The notes beneath the pieces were generated by a model. That model made no database searches, was not told where the DNA came from, and worked only from the letters and a program-made list of their open reading frames with translations. From NCBI GenBank assembly GCA_964016885.1, contig OZ024742.1:46438001-46502000 (forward strand): a DNA stretch of 64,000 nt. Direction: 5' to 3'. Source of the stretch: Eledone cirrhosa. Lineage: Eukaryota. The translations under genes and the position numbers were made by a program. Below are positions 41,723-53,754 of this stretch, piece after piece; position 1 is the first letter of the stretch; each line of letters opens with the position of its first letter.

Positions 41723-44506
41723 TTATACTTCTCTTAGGTCAGTGTTGTTTGTTTGGGTGTTGTTGTTGTTCCACTCATTCTTTCTGTTTAGCTTTGGTTT
41801 TCTAATTTCTATTTCACTGGCCTCTCTGATTTGGCTATCTGCTGGGTCATTCCTATGTTTAGATATTATTCTAATTTCTATGTTGTCTATGTTACCGTCA
41901 TGTTGTTGTCTAGCATGTTCGTATAGTACTGACCCGTTTTTTCGTCCTCTTAGTTCCCCCCAGTGTTGGTCTATCCTTTCACCTATGCTACGAGCTGTCT
42001 CACCTATGTATGTTGTTGTCATGTTTCTGCAAGTACCCTCTGTACATCTTATGCTATAGACTACGTTTCTAGTTTTGCAGTTTATCCGGGGGTTCACCTT
42101 ACATATGATACATTTCCTATTGGTACAGTGGGTTTTCTTAAAAGGGTAGGTTTTGCTGATCAGGGATTTTATGGTGGTTCCTGGCTTTTCTACCACCTTT
42201 ATTTTTAAGTGGGTCTTTCTCAGGGCCTTTCTACACTGGTTAGCTAATTTCCCTCCAGGGGTGGCGTCCACAAACATGACACTCTGATATCTCTGGTTGT
42301 CGTACCATGATGTGGCCTTCCCTATCTTATGTCTAGCCCTATCTAAGCTATTCCATGATTTGCTCCTGTATAGTGGGCAAATTCCTTTCATGTCCAGTTC
42401 TATGAGGGTCTTATACTTTTCTATGGCTCCTTCGTATACTCTGACTCTGTCTCTTTGGTTGTAGCCAGAGAACTGCATGCGGTTGATGAAGTGTTGGATG
42501 TGTCCTTCCATTTCTGTTGGGTCGCACATGCTGGACACATTCTTCATCACTCGTACCAAATCTGCGATCAGAATATTAAACTTAGCACTACTGGACATTG
42601 CTGAGTTTTTGAGTATCAGGTATTTGGAGGCCATGGGTTTAGCATAGTGTGAGTGGAGAATTTGGGCTCTCTCGTCTATAGTGTTAATCCAGAGTTCTGT
42701 GTCTAATACAGGTAGTCTATTGTTAGGGTGTTTGGAAGGGAAGTCGATAGTTACAGTTATACTCTGGTGTATGGAATTAGCTATCTGCTGGATGCTTTCC
42801 ATCGTGCTACGTTCTAAATCAAACTTGTTAGTGCTCTCTAGTGGGGGTGTTCTTATAACTATATTGATATCGTCTACATAACGAGAGTACATGATGAGGT
42901 CTATGGAGCTTTCATTAAGGAGATCTTTAAGTCTCCTTTCCCACCATACCATGAAAAGGTTGGCAACATCACCAGCTATGCTGACGCCGATGGCTGCTCC
43001 CACATTTTGGGTGTAGATTTTCTCATTGAACTTAAATATGTGGCCCTTTAGGGTAGTTTTGATACTAGCCCCTATTGCATGTGCGACCATTTTTCTTACC
43101 TGATCAGTGTTTTGGGGGGTCCGTATAGCTTTGGTCCACCCAATCCACCTTCCTATGGGAGTCTTTTTAGCCATTGAGGTTATGGTGGGGGGTCTACCTC
43201 TTATAGGTCTACTAGGGCAGAAACATCTAAGGTCATGGCTGTCTAGGTAGTCAGTGTCGTAGGTAAGTCTAAGTAGGAGGCCCAGTTCGTCTGTGTCGAC
43301 GTCGCAGAACTCCACCTCACTCTCAATGATCCTTTCCACACATCTTTTCACAGCAAAATCAATGTTAATGGATGGGTACAGTGACACCACATCCATGCTG
43401 CCTATTATGCAGTTGGATAGGCTCCTGTTTTTGTTGCACTCACTGATTCTGCTGAGGAGGTCCTCTGTACTTTCACATACATCTGGGGACATCTTGATTA
43501 TGGGGCGTATAACCATTGAGAGGAAGTAGGAGATCCTGTAGTTGCTAGCTATATTAGCTCCGCATACGGGTCTTGTTGGTGGTCCTGTTGTCGGGTCGTC
43601 GACTGTCTTGTGGTCTTTGCGGAGCCCATACAAGGGTGGTATGCCATTGTTAGACGCCTAGAAGTTGTTGGCAGTGCGTCTGCTTGGCTTTAGGATGTCA
43701 GTCCACATCATCATGTGAGCGTTGAGTATTTTTTCTCTCCCATCGTGTGTTAGTTGTGCAACTTCGCTCGTGTTGGTGATGTGGGGTTGCATTGCCTCGA
43801 TGTAGTTCGGCATGCTATCTATTGACATCCTACCAGACTTATCTGTGGGTAGACACACTACCTCACCATCCCTTGTGCGCTGCTTGAGGCTAACCAAGCC
43901 TTCTACAGGTTTTCTCCCAAGTTGTTGGGCCTCTGGTCTGCTCTGTCTCATAGTATACCTGTCTACTACTTGTCTAATCTTATTTCTAGCTATGGTGAAC
44001 TGTGCTTCCGTCTCGTCATCTATTTGCTGTGGTATGCAAACTCTTTTATTAAAGGGTAACCTCGTAGGATAGATATTACCCATCTTATATGTTTTGTCAG
44101 CTGGGTTGAAAAATAGTTTCTCTAAGGGGTTGTCGTTATTTCTATCGTCATAGTTGTGTGTGTTGCTATTATTGTTATCATGGTGGTTGTTGTTGTTTCT
44201 ATCATTAGCATTATTATTATTGTTATGATTGTTAGATGTATTGTTGTTTACTTCACCGTTATTGTTGTTGTTGTTACTGTTATTTCTACCATTGCGGTTG
44301 TTACTATTATTGTTTCTTGTTTTTGTTGATGTTGCTACATGTACTAATTCCATTATTACCACTGTGGTTATTGTTGTTGTTGTTCGTATTGTTACCGTTA
44401 TTACTACTGTGGTCACTGTTGCTGTGTCTGTGGTTAACGTTTCTATTATTATTATTATTGTGGTTGTTGTTGTTCCGTCTATCACTAGTATTATTGCCAT
44501 TATCAC
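41723..44506 (-). CDS. PLE polyprotein: Asn-rich N-terminus, RT (TDKSG, SMDVVSLYP, YVDD), thumb and GIY-YIG; one in-frame TAG at 43658-43660
   Basis: ORFs 43658-44506 and 41723-43633 are in the same frame; VVYSIRC..YIGETARS..ER..H. Confidence 0.88.
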
Positions 44507-44811
44507 TATTTCTCACTTTCCTGCCATTGTTATGGTTACGGCTGTTATTTCTATACCCAGAGTTATTGTTTATATTACTACTACCGTTAGTACCAGTAAT
44601 GTACTGGGTAATTTTCTGGCCTTGTGCCAATAGTAGAAACAGTTATTATTGTTGTTGTTGTTTACCTTTGCATTCCAAACGCATGCGCATGCGCAAAGAA
44701 GACAAAATAAAATAAGATAAACAAACAAGCAAATAAATAAATAAATATATAGACAGACTGAATAAAAAATGGCGTAGACATACAACACAACAGGAGGAAC
44801 AATGAATATAA

Positions 44812-44853
44812 CACCACTGACGATGTTGCAGATGTGCAACGAAAGATTTATGT
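44812..44853 (+). ncRNA. Minimal hammerhead in pLTR (mirror copy at 41406-41447, -)
   Basis: ca CTGACGA t GTTGCA gatg TGCAAC GAA AGATTT A tg; stem I is weak. Confidence 0.6.
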
Positions 44854-45058
44854 AAATTATGTAAACTATATATATGTGTTTGTGTCTATATTGTATCTGT
44901 ATTATTTTTGACCGCCGGTCAGTCAATGGCAACATTGAGGACCGAGTAAGTTAGATCGCAGATATAAAAGACAGCGAGAAGCGAAAACCAACCAAACAGT
45001 GAGTGTGTTCTGTTATTAATTCTGGCAATATTACGCAAATATGACCCTCCCCAAATAT

Positions 45059-45117
<59 letters not shown>

Positions 45118-45580
45118 AAGAGATTGTTATACTTTGGGCGGGTATGCTGCCAATAAAAATACACGCACCTGTTGATTTTCATTTCAATTTATTATAAGTT
45201 TCCGGTTGGTTGGTTGGTTCGATAACCGGAAGGTTCTTTATATATTGTCAAAGCTCTTTCGTCAAACATTCTGTGACCTCCTCAGTGACTAGGTTTCTAT
45301 TTTGTGTCCTACACCATCTTGCTTTTGTGTGTTGTGTGTTGTGTACTTAGTTTGTGCATGCGTTACATCCGTGTGTGTGCGTGGGTGTATTTTTATTTAT
45401 TCATTTATGTGTTTATTTACTTGTCACTAGTTGGTTGTTTGTTCTATCTGTGTGTGTCCGATTTGTTTTGTTAGTCATAATAAATTGAAGTGTAAACCAA
45501 CAGGTGCGTGTGTTTTTATTGGCAGCATGACCCTGCCAAAGCATAACAATATCTGTTTCAATACACGTTTTCAGATAAAC
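45118..45580. mobile_element. Non-coding fold-back derivative of the 13724 Naiad-like family, hammerhead at 45247-45289 (-)
   Basis: IR ~45123-45196/45477-45551; minus strand GTCA CTGAGGA gGTCAcagaatgttTGAC GAA AGAGCT T TGAC. Confidence 0.75.
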
Positions 45581-45589
45581 TCAGATTAC

Positions 45590-45651
<62 letters not shown>

Positions 45652-45655
<4 letters not shown>

Positions 45656-46130
45656 ATGTAATCTGAGTTTTTCGAATATTAATAATAACATTCGATTCGT
45701 TTGCAATTATGCAAACAAGCCTCAATTTTATAGCCATGTCAGTAGAATGAACCCTTCATTATTGCTCTTGTGTTGGCATGTGAACAGGACTGCAGACACT
45801 AATGTTCCTGGGTATCACCCTTCATCAGAGCTAGTGAAAATATATGCTATTTTCAAAAATACACAGTGACTGATCGACCTGATTTGCATATTAGTAGACT
45901 GGCTGATCAGTCAGATCTGCATATGATGAAGGGTGATACCCAGAAACATTAGTGTCTGCAGTCCTGTTCACATGCCAACACAAGAGCAAGAATGAAGGGT
46001 TCATTCTACTGACATGGCTATAAAATTGAGGCTTGTTCGCATAATTGCAAACGAATCGAATGTTATTATTAATATTCGAAAAACTCAGATTACATTTATT
46101 GTATTCAGCCATGGAGAGCGACAATTATAT
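45652..46130. mobile_element. Fold-back element (IR 45652-45827/45924-46099) with degenerate hammerhead
   Basis: Plus strand 45917-45961: CTGCA t ATGATGA aGGGTgatACCCa GAA ACATTAGTGT C TGCAG; the other arm retains CTGATGA. Confidence 0.72.
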
Positions 46131-46151
46131 ATACATACATACATAGATATA

Positions 46152-46321
46152 TATGAAAAGTGTCAGAACCCCGATGACTGAGCTCCGGCCGTTTCGACAG
46201 CTAGAAACGGCTGGGGCTCAGCCGTCGGTCCTGAATCTTTTCATACTACTCATTCTACTAGCCCAAGTATCGAGTACTCTCGTGTGTTATTGTCTAGCTG
46301 GTTTTTACCACCCCCTATCTG

Positions 46322-46322
<1 letters not shown>
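46152..46322 (+). mobile_element. Short diverged fold-back element related to 9199-9395
   Basis: GAAACGGC..GCCGTC; tail ..aagtatcgagtactct. Confidence 0.65.
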
Positions 46323-46420
<98 letters not shown>

Positions 46421-46720
46421 CATAAATATTTCAATATACGGTTTCAAGGAACTATTAGTTTCCCAGACTATGTTGATAAAGACACACATCCTCTATTATC
46501 AGAAGCTACATGTACTAGCCGTAAAAACTAAACATTCAGTATAGTGTTTATTCCGGTGCATGGACATTTCAAAAATAAATAAGCCATGGTATAAAGGGAG
46601 ATAATTTTGTGAGGTGTGAGAAGAGGGTAGTGATGTTTTTGAAAGGTATGCATTATACTAGTCAGGCCAATTTTGCAATTAGGGGTTGTAAGGATTCAGA
46701 AAATTATATACATACATACC

Positions 46721-46762
<42 letters not shown>

Positions 46763-46783
46763 GACACCGGCACCCATACACAC

Positions 46784-46957
<174 letters not shown>

Positions 46958-47215
46958 ACACGAGCCCCCACGCACTCACATATATATATAAAGTGAATTC
47001 AGGCTAACTGCAATACTGCAATTTTCCGAAGTCCTAGGAAGAAAATAGTGTTTCCTTGACATGGGAAATAAATTGCATTGGCCATCAAGTGTTCTGACAT
47101 CTGCACTCTGTAACTGGTGTGGTACAGAAGTAAACATAATTGGTTATTACTGACCAGGGATAGAAATAGCGATAGATAGAAAGATAGATAGAAAGATAGA
47201 TAGATAGATAGATAT

Positions 47216-47247
<32 letters not shown>

Positions 47248-47480
47248 AGGAACAGAAATAGATAGAACGAATGAGAGTGGAATGAGGAGCTTCCTCTTTT
47301 TATAGTATTTCTTGATAGAGAAAATGACATGGCGAAACATGTTTATTACATAATAATTACTTCACTAGTTACGACGCTAAAGGTAATCACGATGTACCGT
47401 CGTATGTATGTATGTATGTATGTATGTATGTATGTATGTATGTATGTATGTATGTATGTATGTATGTATGTATGTATGTA

Positions 47481-50400
47481 TGTTCTTCTGGTTTTGTTAA
47501 TTTCACAAGAGAGAGAGTCGGTTTCTAACAAGACTCTCTCATTGGAATTTACACAACATCAACTAGGTAGATTATGTATGCATGCATGCATGTGTAGATA
47601 TGGATGTTATTGTATGTGTGGATGTGTATGTTTGAGTTGTATGTGTATATGCTTTGTATCTGTACATGTGTAGAGGCAGTTATTAGATGTAAAATTGTTG
47701 GAATGTTTTACATATTTTTAAGATTTGTATTGAGGCAGTTACTAACATACCCCAGTGCCCCAATAATCACAGGCATAAATCTGAAGGTGTAATAAGGGTG
47801 GAGTATCTGCAGTTTCTCACCAGTTCTGCATAAATATTCTCCTTTTCGCTAATCTTTGATATTATAAAGGCATCTGCTGGGCAGCTAATTTCCACTACTG
47901 TGCATGATTTCTTCTCCCTGTCCCATATCATAATATCTGGTCTGTTAAGCCTGCATTTTATTGGGGTTTTTACTGGAACATTCCACCAGTACTCTTTCAT
48001 ATTATGTACATGGATGTCTTCCACATTGCTGTAGCTTTTAATGTGTTTATTATCGGGGCTATCTTTTTTACGAACTGCATTGTACAGTGTTTTGGCCACT
48101 ACATCATGCCTCATAGGTAGATAGTACCGCGATCACATCTTTGGACAGCTGCTGATGACATGGGTGATATCCTCGATGTTAGTTCTGCAGAGTCTGCACT
48201 TGTTATCACATCTAGGTGTTTTGCCTGCATCCCTATCTCTTTTGTGAATCAGGTATTTCGTGTTAATCTCCTTGGATTGCAAAAGCGTATCCTTCAAAGT
48301 GGGAGCCAATATAGCGGTTGTTGGTCCAAGATAGACTACTTTCCTTATCTTATATTACTCTCACTCTGGAGCTTCCTGGCAACATATCCATGCATGATTT
48401 TTTTGCTGATAAGCATGCAGTTTTTCATCCATGGATTCACTGCGATACTGCTGAGCGACTTCCCTGGGTGTGAGCTTTTGATTATCACACAGGGAATATC
48501 TCTCGAGGAGTTCCTTCCCAACTCTCATGCTCCAGAGACGGGCTCCTACGCTTCGAGGTTTGTAGATGTTGTCGGAGAGATATGATGCGACATTCAAATG
48601 CTGTCTGGACTGATGTTAGGCCTTTGCCTCCTTGCTTACGTTTCAAGTAAAGGCGGTCTATGTAACTGTTGATGTGGAAGTTTCCGGTGTTGTTTAGTAT
48701 TTTTCGAGTTCCAACATCAACTGCTCGGATTTTGTCTATTGTCCAATCGAGTATTCCAAACGTTGGTATTAGGACAGGCATAGCAAACAAATTGTGAGCC
48801 ACTGTTTTGTTTTGCGCAGAGAGTTCCGATGACCAAATCTTTCTTAATCGGGTGTAGTATTTCCTGGTTACGCGTTCCTTATTACAGATACCATTATAGG
48901 ATATGTTCTCATCTAACCCCAGGTATCTGTAGCAGTCCTCATCAGATATCGTTGAAACAGTTAGGCCATTGATGACAATGTTGCTAGATTGGGTTGTGTT
49001 TTTCCCCGCTTTACAGTCATGTATCAGCATTTATCTTGGCCAAACTCCATTCCTATATCCTTTGAGAACATTGTAACCAGGTCAAGATTTTTCTTCATCC
49101 CATCCATGTTCTTGGCATAGAGTTTCAGATCGCCCACAAAGAAATTATGGGTTAGGTTCGTATTTCTGTCCTCCTGTGAGCCAATGATGTATCCCTCACA
49201 TTTCTTTAGCAGAAAGGACAAGGTATTTAATGACAAGATGAATAATATCACAGAGAGACTGTCCCCCTGAAATATACCCCTGCGATATTTTATTTTATCA
49301 GTGAAAATAGAGTCCCCCCTCTCTCTCTTTAACCTTAGGATAGTAGCCCAAGAAGAAGACAGCCATTCTATGGCTCTGACAATAATGTCTGGGACTTTAG
49401 CAAGTTGGAGGGCCTCTATCATCCAAGAGTGGGGAACAGAATCTAAAGCTTTCCTGTAGTCCAGCCAGACTGTAGCCATATTCCTCCTAAGTTGTCGCAC
49501 CTCCGACATCGCAGTTTTGTTGATTAGGAGTTGTTCAGCACATCCCCAAACCCCTTTCTTTCCAGCTGCTTGTTCATCTGTGATGATGTTATTATTTTCA
49601 CAGTGATCTTGGAGGAATAGGTTCAGGCAGGCTGTATACCTCTTATACATCAGGTTCTGGCATGCAATGGGCCAGTAGCTTTTTGTCAAGTGGGTGTCTT
49701 TGTTCTTGGGGACCAGTAATGTTTGTGCTAATGTCAACCATTCTGGTATAAGTGTATCTCCCTTAAGAACTTGTTGGTAGAGGTCAGTAAGACACCTCCG
49801 ATAAAATATCAGTTTTTTGTACCAGTAGCCGACAATCATGTCTCTTCCTGGTGTTTTCTTATCTTGGAGTTTTCCTATCACAGTTTCAAGGGTTCCCTCA
49901 CTTATTTCGTATGTTTTTGTTGTAGTGTAGGAGCAATAGTTCTTTCGGATTTCTCTTAACCACACTGCATCTTGGTTAAAATCCTTCTTTTCACCCCATG
50001 TTTTGCTCCAAAAGGAATCTGTCTTTCTAGGATGGAGTCTCAGTGACACTTATTATTTTGTTCTTCATATCTCTATAGACTGATGTTTGGTTTCATCTAC
50101 CTTCTTCAGGTATCGGCGTTTTTCGCTAACAGCTCTCAATTCATGTTTGAGGGTGATCAGCTTACATTGAAGAGTTCTGGTTCTACTGTTACCAAACATC
50201 GTCTCTATTCTACTTTTCACTCTTTGTTGGTGAGGAGTGAGGTTTGTTTGTGTTTGTTTGCATGTAAGGAGCATTGTCACATATCCTATGGTTTTTCGTA
50301 GGTCAGCAATCTTTTTTGCTATTTTAGTTATATATGATGGTATTTTTGGTGGTGTTCTGTTCTTGTTAATATCTCTGCTATCACCAAGATAATGCTTCAC

Positions 50401-51415
50401 TGTCGTTGCTAAGGCATATAAACAGGCGTTGATTTGCCAAAATGTTGGGATTTTTATCCGTCGTAAATATTCATCCCCTATTTCGTCAATAACACGTAAT
50501 ATTTCATTATTTGTTTTTTTTATTAAACATTGTCGTTTTAATACGTTCAGCAAGAGAGATATTTATACATGAATTAATTTCTCTCTGGAAGATTTCGTTG
50601 AGGGAAATTCCAATTGTTTATACTTTTGATTATCAATATCGATAGTATTTTCCACAACAGTCGAAGTAGACACGGATGGTACACGCGGTGTCAAATTTCT
50701 TCGATTATTATTACTATTTCTTCGATTATTATTATTATCGATAGTGTTTTCCCCAGCATTCGAGGTAGACTTAGATGGTACAGGTGGTGTCAAGTTTCTT
50801 ACAGGCATAGTTGTTGCAAGGCGTTGTTCGACCTGGCTGCTAGGAAGTCTACTAGCATGGCGACCTGTAGCATGTGTTGATGATAACATGTTTGTTGTGG
50901 GGGACTTACAATTAATAATATTTATCTTATTTTTATATTCAACAAACGTCGCTTGTTGGCGTAATTGTTTCGCTGTGAAATAATTTAGTTCCGGGTGCAT
51001 TTCGTCCCAGTGTAGCTTCATTCTGTTCATATAGCCAATGGAGGGATTGTTTTTTTGCCATTTTATAACAATTAAAAAAATCATTTTTAAGTTCGCAACT
51101 CCAAGAGAGATGCGATTTATAATTTCGGGTTCTTCTGTAGCTCAACTGAATAAAGTTTGTTTACCTTTCTTGTTGTTTGTCTTCGATACTTCCTTAATTT
51201 TGTTGTTGTGTTCAGCCATGCTGTTTGTAGCAAATCCTTGTAAAATGAATTATGTATTTAGTCGGGTATCTCTATGAATTCAAATAAAAAGTGCCTTCAG
51301 AAGATATAGTTAGAAGAATAACCAGTTATTCAACATGACTGTAGTTGTGGCATTACTGTCGGAGATAGTATTCATCTTAAATTTAATAAATAGTCTCCCA
51401 CTCCAAAATATGCGA
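47481..51415 (-). mobile_element. Near full-length degenerate R4/Dong-type LINE (RT, CCHC, RLE) in (TACA)n
   Basis: PIACQNLMYK, WLDYRKALDSVPH, RGIFQGDSLS, EFGQDKC, YRYLG, RHDVVA, NRPDI. Confidence 0.9.
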
Positions 51416-51564
51416 CTGTATGTATGTATGTATGTATGTATGTATGTATGTTTGCATGCATGTATTTATGTTTGTTTGTATGTATATATGTTTGTTTGTA
51501 TGTATGTCTGTTTGTATGTAAAAATATATGTATATATGTATGTTTATAATGTGTGTATGCAGGC

Positions 51565-52598
51565 CTGTACTTTTGGTTTTATTACAAGTTTTCACCAATG
51601 GAGAGAGATCCGGTTTCTAACAGAGAAACAAGACTCTTTCATTGGAATTTAGACAACATCAGCTAGGTTAATACGTACGTGCGTGCAAGAGTGGATGTTA
51701 TTGCATATACTGATCTGGATGTTTTGAGTTATATCTGTACACATGCGTATGTTTCTGTATCTATATACAGTTATTACATGCTGAATTTCTGAAATGTTAT
51801 ACATATTTTTACAATTCCATTAATGGACTGTACGTGCAATATCCTAACTAACCGTGCTCTTTCTGGTTTAGTGAAGCCCAGCTTCTCAAAATTTCTAGTG
51901 AGGCAGTTAGTATCATATCCCTGAGCCCCAATGGTTACAGATGCAAATGGAAAAGCATAGTCAGGGTGGGGTATCTGCCAATTCACCTTTAGTTCAACAT
52001 AAATGTTCTCCTTTTCGCTAATCTTTAGCATTATATTGACATCTGCTGGGCAGCTGACTTCCACTACTGTGTATGCATTCTTTTCTCTGTCCTATATCAC
52101 TATGTCTGGTCTGTTATGTTTATATTTCATAGGGGAGTTGACTGGAACATTCTAACAGTACACTTTCATATTATGTATGCATATGCTTTCGACATCACTG
52201 TAAGGTTTTATATTTTTATTCTCAGGACCATCCTTATACCGAGTACATTGTATAGTATTTTGGCCATTACATCATGCTTCACAGGTAGATAGCGTCGTGA
52301 TGATGTCTTTCGAGAGCTGCTTATGATATGGGTGACACACTAGATGTTTATTCCGAAAAGTCTACATCTTTTGTCACATTTAGGTGTTTTGCTTGCATCA
52401 CTATCGTTTTTCTGCATCAGGTATTTCGTTGTTCCATCATATCTGACATTCTCATCCTGTCGAAGATATCGATAATTGTCACCTGACTGTAGAGATTGTA
52501 TTGTCAAGCCGTTCAGTTTTAGGTTTTCAGAGGAGGGCACAATTTTTCAACGTTTTATTATCACCAAATTTCATTTCAATGTTTGTAGAAAATTTGGT
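51565..52598 (-). mobile_element. Diverged, internally deleted R4/Dong-type LINE 3' fragment
   Basis: EVSCPADVNI..ISEKENIY, NYRYL, MKFG; (TATG)n flanks. Confidence 0.8.
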
Positions 52599-52654
52599 TA
52601 TGTATGTATGTATGTATGTATGTATGTATGTATGTATGTATGTATGTATGTATG

Positions 52655-53090
52655 TATGAGGGTGATTTTGGACACCCCGCAGGATAAAAAACAAAACCTG
52701 ACAAAGGGCGGAAGAACTCATAAGAGTCAACGGCCATCCAAAAGTGTGTAAATATGTATATACACATGTACTGCGCGGTTAAACCACTGGGAGTGAAGGA
52801 CCCCTAGCCTTTGTCAGGGCATTCTTCTAGGAGAAGGATACACAGGAAACTGGGATAACTCCGATATAAAACCTGCGGCTCAGTAGTTACCGATGATGCT
52901 GATCTTTTCTTCTTTTCAGGTTATAGCTACTGTCGCTCAGAGAGTGGGATTGGCTCAGTGCACAGTCTTCCCTCACTTTACAAAATATCTTCACGTACAT
53001 GCATTGCACAATAGAATTTATTAATAATTATTAATAATGGTATATCGTGCAATGGCCATACTCGATAATGAGGGGGCAGCCATCATCATA
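52655..53090 (+). mobile_element. Non-autonomous RTE-related element
   Basis: Collinear with 29940-30345, including the 3' end actcgataatgag..gcagcc. Confidence 0.55.
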
Positions 53091-53227
53091 TATATATGTA
53101 TATACATGTATGAATGTGTATGTTATGCGCGGGGACAAGAAATAAGAGGGCCAGCCATTGTGTATGTATGTATGTATGTATGTATGTATGTATGTATGTA
53201 TGTATGTATGTATGTATGTATGTATGT

Positions 53228-53368
53228 ATTGTCACAAGTGTAGTTTGTACCAGAGTTTTCAAGTCGCTGGCTGGACTAAAAAGTCACACTCATTCAGCGC
53301 ATCGGTAGGGGTTCTCCTACATGGATATAAAGTAGTGGCTGTACTCGAAAACGAGTTGGCAGCCACCA
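53228..53368 (+). mobile_element. RTE-like LINE extreme 3' end (C2H2-like finger plus 3' UTR)
   Basis: CTRVFKSLAGLKSHTHSAH followed by actcgaaaacgagttggcagcc. Confidence 0.55.
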
Positions 53369-53466
53369 TGTATGTATGTATGTCTTTCTCTCTCTCTCCC
53401 CCTCTCTCTCTCCCTCTCTCTCTCTCTCTTTCTCTTTTTTTTTCTCTCTCTCTCTCTCTCTCTCTC

Positions 53467-53510
<44 letters not shown>

Positions 53511-53754
53511 TTTTCTTTATTAACCACAAGGGTTTACATAAAGTAGACATTAAGGACAGTACAGGACAATACAGGACGGTACAAATGGGCATTTCTGCGT
53601 GTAAAAAAAACAGAGGATGAAATAAAATAACAAAGAAAAAATTCCCCAATAGGGGGGAGACTTCCGAGGGACATTTGTGGTGAAAGCCCATTAAAAGACC
53701 ACAGTGGCCCTGACCACCAGGGAAAGTGCCCTCTCCCAGTTTTCCACCCTTAAT

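Larger units (their letters stand above)
41148..45065 (-). mobile_element. Near-complete Naiad-like Penelope element with inverted pLTRs (41194-41575/44685-45065)
   Basis: RT and GIY-YIG ORF; ~380-bp inverted repeat; one-sided tail 41148-41193; (TA)n flanks. Confidence 0.92.

Noticed and set aside
43658-43660. Selenocysteine readthrough in the Naiad-like ORF (known for some Naiads)
   Set aside because: The stop is TAG, not TGA, and is not at a Cys position.
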